Positions 25,158-36,270 of a DNA stretch of 64,000 nt are shown piece by piece. Below the pieces are notes generated by a model, which saw only the letters and a list, made by a program, of their open reading frames with translations, did no database searches and was not told the origin of the DNA. The DNA lies in NCBI GenBank assembly GCA_012295275.1, contig CM022678.1, positions 10,788,001 through 10,852,000 of the forward strand. Direction: 5' to 3'. Origin of the DNA: Chrysomallon squamiferum (taxonomy: Eukaryota; Animalia; Mollusca). Made by a program: the position numbers and the translations under genes. The stretch's first letter is position 1; each line of letters opens with the position of its first letter.

Positions 25158-25230
25158 ACTTACGCCATTTTTCACTGAAGTCGCGCTTTTGTTTTGAATG
25201 ACAGTCCGTATCTTGAGGAAATAAGGCTAC
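25158..25230 (-). promoter_or_regulatory. Putative first exon / promoter of the ZNF unit (AAAATGGC|GTAAGT), copy 1
   Basis: The minus strand reads AAAAGCGCGACTTCAGTGAAAAATGGC|GTAAGTAG: a YY1-like ATGGCG core, a perfect donor and a CpG-containing context. The same sequence recurs at 41717-41790 and 62065-62135. Confidence 0.55.
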
Positions 25231-26149
25231 ATTCTGAAATCCTTTTCTTTTATTTTTCTTCTTTTTATATATTATATATTTCTTCCTCTTTCTCATATTT
25301 TATCTTTCTTTTTCTCGTCTTCTTTTCTTGCCTTCTTTCTCCTTATTCCTCAGTTTTTTTCTATTCTTAATATTTTGTATTTCATTTGTATTCTTCAGTC
25401 TTCTTATTCTTCAATCTACTTTCTTCTAAACAAAATATCAGTATATTTAATCAATTAGATATAAAACAATATGAACAACAAATAATGAAGCAGAGTGTGT
25501 GTGTTGGGGGGCTCTGTGTGCGTGCGTGCGTGTGTGTGTGTGTGGTTCAGTTTCATTTGTAGTCAGATGGTCTCTAAGGACATGATTTACAACTGGTCTC
25601 TGTTATCTTTTCTGTGTTTGCATATTTGTCTCTCTGTGTATATATACATACATACATGTTGGTATAGTTTTATATATCTATATTTATATTTATTCATCTG
25701 AATGTGTATAAATTTATAACTTATGTTCATATTCTTCCTATTTATTTGACGTCCGGTTTCCATTTCAACTTTTGTGTGTACATTTTTCCTTTTACGTCAG
25801 TGTCCAGTTTAATAAATGAAAGTACTTTTTTAAAACTAATATATATATTGTCTACATAAATATAAATTATACATGATCAAAGTTAAAATTACAAAGCATT
25901 TACGATCAACTTTCTTCTAGAGTTGTCAAAAAAAAAAATTAATAATAATAATAATAAATAAAAATAAATAACCCACGACTATAAGTCCACGATGTACACG
26001 ATGACATGACAGTTAAGTTTGATCATTATAATTTTCAATATCTTAAAGCAGAAATGCCCTCTGTGATCTTAACGGTAACAGCAGCAATTAGTGTGTGGTT
26101 CCAGCTGATAATTTATTTCAAACTTGTTGTCTAGGAAACCAATCCAAAC

Positions 26150-26162
26150 TCATATATTTAAT

Positions 26163-26196
<34 letters not shown>

Positions 26197-26620
26197 CCAA
26201 ATGCAGCTTATAATTTCAGAAAATTATATTTGACAATTTACAATTTAGTCTCAGCTTCATCAGTCTCCCAAATTTGGGATCCTTACTTTTTACTAATTTC
26301 TGAAAATATAAAATTGAAATAACTAGCTTTAGAAACGGAGATATAACTTTTACCAAGACAAAAATTACGATTATTTTTTGAAGACGTAATGTTTTTCAGA
26401 ACATATTGTTATTATGGAATTTAAACACCTTGGATTAGTCTAGATAATTCGTAAGAAACAGGAAAGATTGCGCGAGCTGAGCTTCAGCGCGTTTTCTGTA
26501 ATAAAACAGATTTAGAGATGTGAGATCTGTAAAACCTACATCACTGTTTGGATGTGAAATCTCGGAATTTAGTAAGTTTTCCAAATACATGTGTTAACGC
26601 TTCAAATAAAGATGACTTCC
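26150..26620 (+). mobile_element. Degraded non-LTR retrotransposon RT C-terminal remnant (RTE/RTE-X-like)
   Basis: TKITIIF at ~26358 and VKPTSLFGCEIS at ~26529 resemble the KTK..IF and VKPILLYGCEIWG motifs. This segment is absent from units 2 and 3. Confidence 0.45.
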
Positions 26621-27959
26621 TTGAAGATTTATTGTTTTTTTTTGTTTTTTTTAAATGCAACGGGCTGTCAACTCCTGTTTCATTAGGATAGCAAAACTAA
26701 TACATTTTTATCTTTTGGTAAAATGTTCCCAAATACAGAGTGAATTAACTGTGTTAAAGGGTAAAGTGATCTTTCATTAAAACACCCCAGTTTGTAATTA
26801 CAAAGAAACAGATTTTCTCTTCACAATTCACATTTTAATCTCACGTTCATCAAAATCTCTATTTGTCATTTTGACTGCTATAAAACAGGTGTTTATACTA
26901 AATGCGAAAATGCTGATTACATCACTAAAATGATTTCATTGCTTAGATGTTTCAGAAACGTATATACATCTGTAATTAATAACGTACTGAAGTTATTCTG
27001 CTATCAATTTGAATTACCAGAAGAAAGAGTCAGTTTGGTTTTTCAGAAAATAATTTCCTCATCTGATAAGATTTTTGTATCAACTTATTCCAATTACTTA
27101 AAGGAATATAAGAAAAACATGTACTGGGATTTCATTGATTTTGAAGTTATTATATTAACTGGAAATATTTCGTATCAGTATTCACTATGCATGAAGGCAT
27201 AAAATAGAAATATGCAAATGGCTTTAAATCGGAAGATTTCTTTGCAATTTTATAGTAGGATCAAGAAAAAGGATGACACAATTTTTTTTTTTATTCATAT
27301 TAAAGTGATCTAGTAACACGTTTAACCATAATCATTCTGTTAGAATACTCTCTTTCAATTGTTTCTACATATACACATAATAATAAAGAAATATGATTAT
27401 ATGTATCTACACGTCAGTATTACTTAGCTTTCTTATTTCTACACAAGGACAAATGTAACTTCAGTTTCGATGAAAGACTCATGCAAACAAACCTTTAAAT
27501 GTACATAATTATGAATACAAATCATGGATTTTTGGAATATATATACATAGACACATTCACAGACAGACGAAAAGAAAACGTTATTTCTGAGATTAACACA
27601 ATCTGTTACAACAGTTACAATGAATTGATGAAAGTTCAGATGACGTCAAATGTCCACTGTCGTGATGTTCTTGTAGTAGCAGTTGTAGTACTAGTAGTAA
27701 CAGTAGCAGCAGTAATAATAATAGTGCTACTAGTAGAAGTAGAATTTTTATCCAGCAAATTAGTAATAATAAAAAAAAATCTTATTCGTAATTAACTTGT
27801 GCTAAATGTTGTTTATTACAAAACATTATATGACATTTGATGGTTACATTTTCTTCTTTATTTCACAGATTATCACTTTTATATTGAGTTATCAACAGTC
27901 ATTTCTCGAACATTTCTCTTAAAAATGGGACTTCGTGTACTAATCTAGATACCAGCTTG

Positions 27960-28590
27960 TTGGAAATATTTCGCACGAACTCCACATTTAAAACGCTTCT
28001 CACCACCGTGTCTTCATGTGACCTTTTAGAACATCTCATGAGAAACATTTTGCACAAACTTCACATTTGAAAGACTTCTCACCAGTACGGACCTTCACAT
28101 GTTGATCCTGTGAGAAAAAATATCAACAAACTTCACATTTAACAGATTTATCTCCAATATGGATATTCATGTGACATTTTAAACTCCAACGCCATGAGAA
28201 ATATTTTGCACAAACCTCTCATTTTAAACATTTATCCCCGGTGTAGACCTTCATGTGACGTTTTACATATGGATCCTCTGAGAAGGATTTTGCACAAACT
28301 TCATATTTAAAAGCTTTCTTTCCAGTATGAATCTTCACGTGACACTTTAAACTCGAACGCTGTGAAAAACATTTTGCACAAACTTCACATTTGAAAGGTT
28401 TCTCTCCAGTATGGATTCTCATATGATGTTCTACATGTAAACGTAGTGAGAAACATTTTGCACAACCTTCACATTTGAAAGGTTTCTCTCCAGTATGGAT
28501 TCTCATATGATGTTCTACATGTAAACGTAGTGAGAAACATTTAGCACAAACTTCACATTTAAAAGGTGATTACTGTAACTTGGCATGTTA
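27960..28590 (-). pseudogene. C2H2 zinc-finger pseudogene A
   Basis: ORF 28219-28506 has TGEKPFKC linkers. The upstream ATG (~28586) is out of frame with the first finger, and the downstream fingers carry stops, frameshifts and lost Cys/His residues. Confidence 0.8.
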
Positions 28591-28930
28591 ATGTTTATAT
28601 TCTTATTTCTAGAAAATTAATTCCATACATTGTCTCTTGTAACCTTCATTAGGCTACCCTACAACTATAAATATATCTTAGTAAAGATTCACAAATCAGA
28701 CGTGTTTTAAATGTACTGTGACGTGGTATAAAATACGGATTGAATTAACTGCGCTAAAGTGTGAAGGAATCATTCATTCTACCTGTAATATCAGTGGTGA
28801 TCCTTACTTTCAAGACTGCATAATCTTTCCTGAACATCTGTTTATCTACATTATGTTTGTTTTTCTCTGTGTTCATCAACGTGTTTATATAATTTTATCT
28901 ATTTGTATTCCGTCCGAAATCTTCCTAAAT

Positions 28931-29938
28931 TCAGTTTGAACACAGACGAAGTTGCCGTAAACGCTTCTCACCCCTATGTGTCTTCATGTGATTTTTAAGA
29001 ACCTCTCTTCGTGAAAAACATTTTGCACAAACTTCACATTTGAAGGGTTTCACTCCAGTATGGATCGTCATATGATATTTTAAACTCGAGCGCTGTGAGA
29101 AACATTTTGCACAAACTTCACATTTAAAAGGTTTCTCTCCAGTATGGACCATCGTGTGATCTCTTAGAATCGAACTGCGCGAGAAGCATTTTGCACAAAC
29201 TTCACATTTAAAAGGTCTGTCAGCAATATAGCATTTCATTTGGTGTTTTGCATATAGACGTTTAGAGAAACATTTTGAACAAACTTTACATTTAAAACGT
29301 CTGATAGTTGTATGCAACTTCATGTGGAATTTTAGATTTGAATTGAATGGGAAGCATTTTGAACAAACGTCACATTTAAAAGGTTTCTCACGAGTGTGGA
29401 TTTTCATGTGATATTTTAGACTATTTCCTGTTGACAAACATTTTCCACAGATTTCACATTTAAAAGATTTCTCTCCAGTGTGGACTTTCATGTGTCTTTT
29501 CAGACCCGAAGGGTGTAAGAAAGATTTTGCACAAACTTCACATTTAAAAGGTTTCTCTCTAGAATGTATTTTCATATGTTCCTTTAGAAAGGAACGGTTA
29601 GATAAAGATTTTAAACAAACTTCACATTTAAAAGGTTTCCTACCAATATGGACTTCCATATGATGTTCTAGATTGCAATTGTATGAGAAATATTTTGCAC
29701 AAATTTCACATTTAAAAGGTTTCTCATTAGTGTGGTTCTTCATATGACTTTTTAGATTTGAACTCTGTGAGAAATATTTTCCACAAACTTCACATTTAAA
29801 AGGTTTCTCTCCAGTATGGATTCTCATATGATTTTCTACAAGTAGACGATTTGAGAAACATTTTGAACAAACTTCACATTTAAAAGGTTTCTCACCAGAA
29901 TGAATGCTGAATAATTCTTCATAACTTTTAGCTGCCAT
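28931..29938 (-). CDS. Tandem C2H2 zinc-finger protein B (11 finger units, the 8th degenerate)
   Basis: 335-aa ORF starting MAAKSYEELFSIHSGEKPFKC, with repeated C-x2-C-x12-H-x3-H and TGEKPF linkers. ACCATGG start context. No effector domain seen. Confidence 0.9.
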   Translation of the reverse strand: MAAKSYEELFSIHSGEKPFKCEVCSKCFSNRLLVENHMRIHTGEKPFKCEVCGKYFSQSSNLKSHMKNHTNEKPFKCEICAKYFSYNCNLEHHMEVHIGRKPFKCEVCLKSLSNRSFLKEHMKIHSREKPFKCEVCAKSFLHPSGLKRHMKVHTGEKSFKCEICGKCLSTGNSLKYHMKIHTREKPFKCDVCSKCFPFNSNLKFHMKLHTTIRRFKCKVCSKCFSKRLYAKHQMKCYIADRPFKCEVCAKCFSRSSILRDHTMVHTGEKPFKCEVCAKCFSQRSSLKYHMTIHTGVKPFKCEVCAKCFSRREVLKNHMKTHRGEKRLRQLRLCSN

Positions 29939-30958
29939 GGTAATTTTTATCTTCTATCTTTTAGAAAATCATCTCTCACACATTTCACATTTAAACCCTT
30001 TCTCTCTTCTGTAAACTCGTGTCTTTCATTGGGTTACCATCACTACTGTAATTACATCGCACCACAAAATTCCCAGATCAGAGATGTTTTCAACGTACTG
30101 TGACGATGATGTAAAGTACAGAGTGAATTTACTGCGCTAAAGTGTAAAGTGTTCTTTCATTAAAACACATCAGTTTGCAAATTCGAGGAATTATATTTTT
30201 CACTTCACATCTGAATCTCATTTTCATAAAAATCTGGAATTGTGATGTTTAGGTTCGATTTATTTCTGAAAATATAAAATATAAATAACATGTTAAATTA
30301 GAATATTTATTCAAAATCGTAGGTTTTCTTTTAACCTTGGAGGAAAGCAAAGGAGAAATCTTTTATCTGTTTTATTTTCTTGGCATTTAACTGATCTAGT
30401 AACCTACGAAAACTTACAACATCAACTGTTTTGTTTTGGGAATACTTAAAATATTCACTAACAATAACGTATTATCCTGCTGATTGATAACAATGGAGTC
30501 TGTTCAATGCTCAAGTTATTTCCTCGACTGTATTAGAAGTGGAATTCTTACCAAACACATATTTCGCTTCATTTATAATTACAGGATTTATATTCAGACT
30601 AAACTGTTTATAAATTCAGAATCAACGTCCGCGGTTAAGAACAAAAGTCTGTAAGACCAAATGCTGCATTTTCCACATACACGGAATCGGGATAGGCGTT
30701 TCTAATAGTTTCAGTATACTACGTTTTGCCACTGTGATAGTAGACATTAACTGATATATTCACTAAACATGTTAGGGAAATTTCTTATAAAGATGTAACT
30801 GAAAAACTGAAAATAAAATCAATCAGATAAAAAACACAAGTGAACGTTAGAAAAAAATAAGTGAGAAAAAAGGAAAACGATGACTAGATTATTAAGACTA
30901 GACTTATCTTCCTTCACAGTCTGCCGTATATTTGACAAATAACCCCGTATTTCGTAAC

Positions 30959-30960
<2 letters not shown>

Positions 30961-31053
<93 letters not shown>
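30961..31053. repeat. (AG)n microsatellite
   Basis: Seen directly; paralogous tract at 48372-48466. Confidence 0.97.
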
Positions 31054-31055
<2 letters not shown>

Positions 31056-31370
31056 ATCATAAGTATGCAGCATAAACACACTACATGTCTGTCAATTTGT
31101 AATTGTATAAACACAAATATAGATTTTATGAAATTTACAGAATTTAAACTCACTGTCAGATTACTTTGACAATATTGTAAAACCAATATTATTCTGTGTT
31201 AGTGAAATGTGAGATTTCAATAACTCAGCAATACTTGGAAATACCTTGTTCTACAATCTCTACATAAAAATAAATTTCTGTTAAAGTTGTGCACTTAACT
31301 GCGTTTTATGTTATGATCGGTTGGTTGTGTATTTATCGTTTGTATTCGACGTTGTATACTCCTGTGATTT

Positions 31371-32039
31371 TGCGTATTTGGTTCACATACTAAATACTAT
31401 CACTACATGCGTAGTTGGTTCACATACTAAATACTATCACTACATGCGTAGTTGGTTCACATACTAAATACTATCACTACATGCGTAGTTGGTTCACATA
31501 CTAAATACTATAACTACATGCGTATTTTGTTCACATACTAAATACTATAACTACATACGTATTTGGTTCCCATACTAAATACTATCACTACATGCGTATT
31601 TGGTTCACATACTAAATACTATCACTACATGCGTATTTGGTTCACATACTAAATACTATCACTACATGCGTATTTGGTTCACATACTAAATACTATTACT
31701 ACAGGCGTATTTGGTTGACATACTAAATACTATCACTACATGCGTATTTGGTTCACATACTAAATACTATTACTACAGGCGTATTTGGTTGACATACTAA
31801 ATACTATCACTACATGCGTATTTGGTTCACATACTAAATACTATCACTACATGCGTATTTGGTTCACATACTAAATACTATTACTACAGGCGTATTTGGT
31901 TGACATACTAAATACTATCACTACATGCGTATTTGGTTCACATACTAAATACTATGACTACATGCGTATTTGGTTCACATAGTAAATACTATCACTACAT
32001 GCGTATTTGGTTGACATACTAAATACTATGACTACATGC
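31371..32039. repeat. 37-bp minisatellite, ~18 copies
   Basis: The unit TGCGTATTTGGTTCACATACTAAATACTATCACTACA repeats head-to-tail with period 37 (e.g. 31381 and 31418), with no spacers. Confidence 0.97.
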
Positions 32040-33589
32040 CACTCAGTGTTCACGTAGAATAACCCTCTGTAAATTGTGTTTGTTCAGCTGAGTGGTGATG
32101 TTGGCAGGTTTTAATTAATGTTTATTTATCATTAGCAGGTTTCTTCTTTAAAGTGTAATGAGTGTCGTTCATCCTTGCGAATTTTGCTACGAATATACTA
32201 CGTTTGCCACTATCAAAGCAATTGTTTGAAGTGTAATTCATGATGGAGTGTTGTGTAACTTCAATATAGAAACTATGCCACAATGACAATATATATAATC
32301 TGAAGAGTCAATCTACAAGGGTGATAATGGTAGCAGAGTACACAAATGTAATTTAGCGTATTTGGTTCACATACTATCACTACATGTCAGTCAAAGTTCA
32401 GGTGCAACAACCCACACCTTTCTCTTTTTTGTAATAAAGAATCTACCAACTCAACAGTAAGAAATCATATTAAATCCTCTTTATTCAACAATGTCATACA
32501 GCAAAGACATAACTGCTTTTTACATTTTAGAAAGTAATAATAATAAAATAATCACAATATATTAAATAAAAGTATCATTTGTGTCTTTTAGTTACTGTAT
32601 GATTGTATGCCAATTGTTTGTGTACCATCACTTATGACCTACGTTTTACGTTATAACATCAACTGTCTCTTTGTTTATAACACAAATGTTAATTAGTCGT
32701 CAGTTGAAAATCATTTGCAATGTTATGTACTCCAAAGTAGCGTTTGTCATCAAATTAAATGTTCCATTGTGTATATGGAATGGCATTAGGCGTGAATATT
32801 CGTGTATTTTTATTTTTAAATTAGCATCAGAGGTGCATTTGGATATATTGCCATATTTTATTTTATTTTTCTGTATGTGTATAATGCAGAAGACGTCGGT
32901 ACTGCTGAAGAACATGCAGTCTACACGATTGTTATAAGTTAATAAAACAATCATTTTAAAGAAGGTCTAGCTGCACACAAAACATAGTAATAGCAATATG
33001 TAGCAACAGTAGGAGTATTAGTGCAAATGCTTATAGTAAATACACGTATGCATAACTATAAATACAAAAATGATGGATACTGGCGTTGTCTGTATCAATA
33101 CAGAAAAACATACTGAGAGAAAACACCCCAAAAGATATCTTAATCTGTTATTAGAGTAACAATGAATTAATGACAGTTCAGGTGACATCTACTATCCAGT
33201 GTCGTGACGTTGTAGTAGTGGCAATGGTAGCATTGCTAGTAACAGTAGCAGCAGTAGTGATAGTGGTGCCAGTAGTTAGTATGATTTCTTTTTCATATTT
33301 GTTCTCTAGCAAACTAATCAAAACCCGTATTTGTAATTAACCTTTCTTAAGTGTTGTCTATTGCAAAATATTATATTCCATAGTTTCTTTTTCTCCTTTA
33401 TTTCATAAATTACTATTAATCATTTTTCAAATGTTTTTCATAAAAGTGGAACTTCGTAATATTTCAGATCCCAGCTTCTTGCAAATATTTTGCACGAATT
33501 CCACATATAAAACGCTTCTCACCACTACGTATCTTCATGTGACCTTTTAGAGCATCTCCTCGTGAGAAACATTTTGCACAAACCTCACA

Positions 33590-34489
33590 TTAAATAGGTT
33601 TCTGTCCAGTATGTATTTTCATATGTTCCTTTAAACTGGAACGCTCTGAGAAACATTTTGCACAAACCTCACATTTGAAGGGTTTCTCACCTGTATGGAT
33701 CTTCATGTGACGTCTTACAGCTGCACGTTCTGAGAAACATTTTGCACAAACTTCACATTTAAAAGGTTTCTCACCGGTGTGATACTTCATGTGACTTTTT
33801 ATATGTGCGATCTGTGAGAAAGTTTTTAAACAAACTTCACATTTAAAAGGTTTCTCTCCAGTATGGATTCTAATATGATTTTTTAAAGTCGAACTCTGTG
33901 AGAAACATTTTTCACAAATCTCACATTTGAAAGGTTTCTCTCCAGTATGGACCTTCATATGACGTTTTAGATCTGAACCGTGTGAGAAAGATTTTACACA
34001 CTCTTCACATTTAAAAGGTTTCTCTCCAGTATGGATTCTAATATGATTTTTTAAAGTCGAACTCTGTGAGAAACATTTTTCACAAATCTCACATTTGAAA
34101 GGTTTCTCTCCAGTATGGACCATCATATGACGTCGTATATGTTCATCTAATGAGAAACACTTTCCGCAAATCTCACATTTGAAGGGTTTCTCTCCAGTGT
34201 GGACCTTCATATGACGTTTTAGATCTGAACCGTGTGAGAAAGATTTTACACACTCTTCACATTTAAAAGGTTTCTCACCAGTGTGGTTGTTCATATGACT
34301 TTTTAAATTTACACGTTTAGAGAAACATTTTGCACAAACTTCACATTTAAAAGGTTTCTCTCCAGTATGGATTCTCATATGATTTTCTATTGTTTGACGT
34401 TTTGCGAAACATTTTGAACAAACTTCACATTTAAAAGGTTTCTTACCAGAATGAATGCTGAATAATTCTTCATAACTTTTAGCTGCCAT
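33590..34489 (-). CDS. Tandem C2H2 zinc-finger protein C (10 fingers)
   Basis: 299-aa ORF with ten canonical fingers. Fingers 3/6 and 5/7 are identical repeats. Ends HTGQKPI*. Confidence 0.92.
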   Translation of the reverse strand: MAAKSYEELFSIHSGKKPFKCEVCSKCFAKRQTIENHMRIHTGEKPFKCEVCAKCFSKRVNLKSHMNNHTGEKPFKCEECVKSFSHGSDLKRHMKVHTGEKPFKCEICGKCFSLDEHIRRHMMVHTGEKPFKCEICEKCFSQSSTLKNHIRIHTGEKPFKCEECVKSFSHGSDLKRHMKVHTGEKPFKCEICEKCFSQSSTLKNHIRIHTGEKPFKCEVCLKTFSQIAHIKSHMKYHTGEKPFKCEVCAKCFSERAAVRRHMKIHTGEKPFKCEVCAKCFSERSSLKEHMKIHTGQKPI

Positions 34490-36215
34490 GGTAAATTTTA
34501 TAATCTATCTTTTAGAAAATCATCTCTCACACATTTAGCATTTAAACCCTTTCTCTCTGCTGTAAACTCGTGTGTTTCATTGGGTTACCATGACTACTGT
34601 AATTACATCGCACTACAAAATTCCCAGATCAGAGATGTTTTCAACGTACTGTGACGATGATGTAAAATACAGAGTGAATTTACTGTGCTAAAGTGTAAAG
34701 TGTTCATTCATTAAAACACATCAGTTTGCAAATTCGAGGAATTATATTTTTCCCTTCACATCCGAATGTCATTTCCATAAAAATCTGGAATTGTGATGCT
34801 TAGATTTGATTGATTTCTGAAAATATAAATACATAAATAACATTGCTAACCAGTAATATTTAAATTAGCATATTTTATTCAAGTAGATTATTTTATACAA
34901 ATTTAATATATTATTTATATTCTAAATTGTCAAAATCGTATGTTTTCTTTTGATTTTGGAGAAAGGTAAAAGGAAAATCTCTCATCAATTTTATTTTATT
35001 GATATTTAAATGAGCTAGTAGTTGTTATATGCTGACACGGTAACATTAGCAGAAATAGCCGATGATTTACATCATCGACTGCTTTCTTTTGAAATACTGG
35101 GAAAATTTGAAGTTAAAATTGAATGCCGAAGACTAGATCTATGATTATTGATTTTTAAAATTCATTTTTAGAACAACTTTTTAAAGACTTGTATAAAATA
35201 ACAAAAAAATGAATGTTGTTACTATAGTCAGACACTTTTGACTTGTATTAAATAGGAATCGTTCGTAAATAAACTGAGCTTCATAGTGAACTTCACCTGA
35301 ATAATTTACCTTAACAGCTCGATAATTTAATATTATTTTCGAAGTATTTTATTTTATATTTGTTTAACGACTGCTGACCACTAGATGGAATAATTGTTGT
35401 GTCAAAAGTAATGTTATACAATAGTATATAAAAAGATAACATAATATTAACACAATACTTAATATATTCATTAACAATAAAGTATTATCCTGCTGAACGT
35501 CTATCCAGTGCTCTAGATTTTTCCTTGGCTGTATTATATCTTAACAAACATATATTTCGCTTCATTTACAATTACAGTATTAATATTTGAAGCTAAACTG
35601 TTTATAAATTCAGAGTCAAGTTACGATCAAGTATGAAAGACCAAATGTTGCATTTTGTATACACACGGAATCAGGTTTAACAGTTTGAATATACCATATT
35701 TTGCTACTATGGCAGTAGACATTAACCGATATATTCACTAAATATTTGTTAGGCAAATTTCTCATAAAGACGTAACTGAAAATCTGAAAATAAAATAAAT
35801 CAGATAAAAATGATAAGTGAATGTTAGAAGAAAAAAAAATTGTAAAAAAGGAAAACGCTGAATAGATTATTAAATGGAACATTTAGACCTATCTTCCTTC
35901 AGTCTTGCGTATGTTTGACAAATAACCGCGTATTTATTGTTTAATAACGACTTGGAGTGAAGTGCTGGTGCCCGATCCATGGAAAAAAAACACCCAGGAA
36001 CGACAACTCTATATGGTCGTTTGCAGAAATAAACACCATGGTAATAGAAACATCCACATATCAACTGAAACAGGCCAAAATCATAATATTTAATTTGGTT
36101 AAATCTATTAAAGACATTAAAAACAAAACACTTTTCAAGTTTACCATTTTTTTTTTTTTTTACACGTCTGAGATTGAATGTTTTCTGATTCGTATAAAAT
36201 ACATCTCTATTTGAA

Positions 36216-36216
<1 letters not shown>

Positions 36217-36267
<51 letters not shown>
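36217..36267. repeat. (AAT)n microsatellite
   Basis: Seen directly; expanded to ~150 bp in the paralogous copy at 56232-56384. Confidence 0.95.

Positions 36268-36270
<3 letters not shown>

Noticed and set aside
27499-27795. Val-rich transmembrane-like ORFs (also 42942, 50449, 63352)
   Set aside because: The hydrophobic stretch comes from a degenerate (GTA/GCA)n tract in the duplicated ZNF 3' flank; no independent coding evidence.
29478-29663. Plus-strand ORFs antisense to ZNF genes (also 51050-51250)
   Set aside because: Shadow frames of the repetitive finger coding sequence.
31371-32039. 37-bp repeat array as a CRISPR array
   Set aside because: Units are head-to-tail with no unique spacers, there are no cas genes, and the context is eukaryotic; it is a minisatellite. 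The same applies to 48783-49303.
32671-32954. Recurrent short ORFs (also 44149, 49949, 52145) as a small-protein family
   Set aside because: They recur because the 3' flank is duplicated. Frames and ends differ between copies and the starts are mostly non-ATG.
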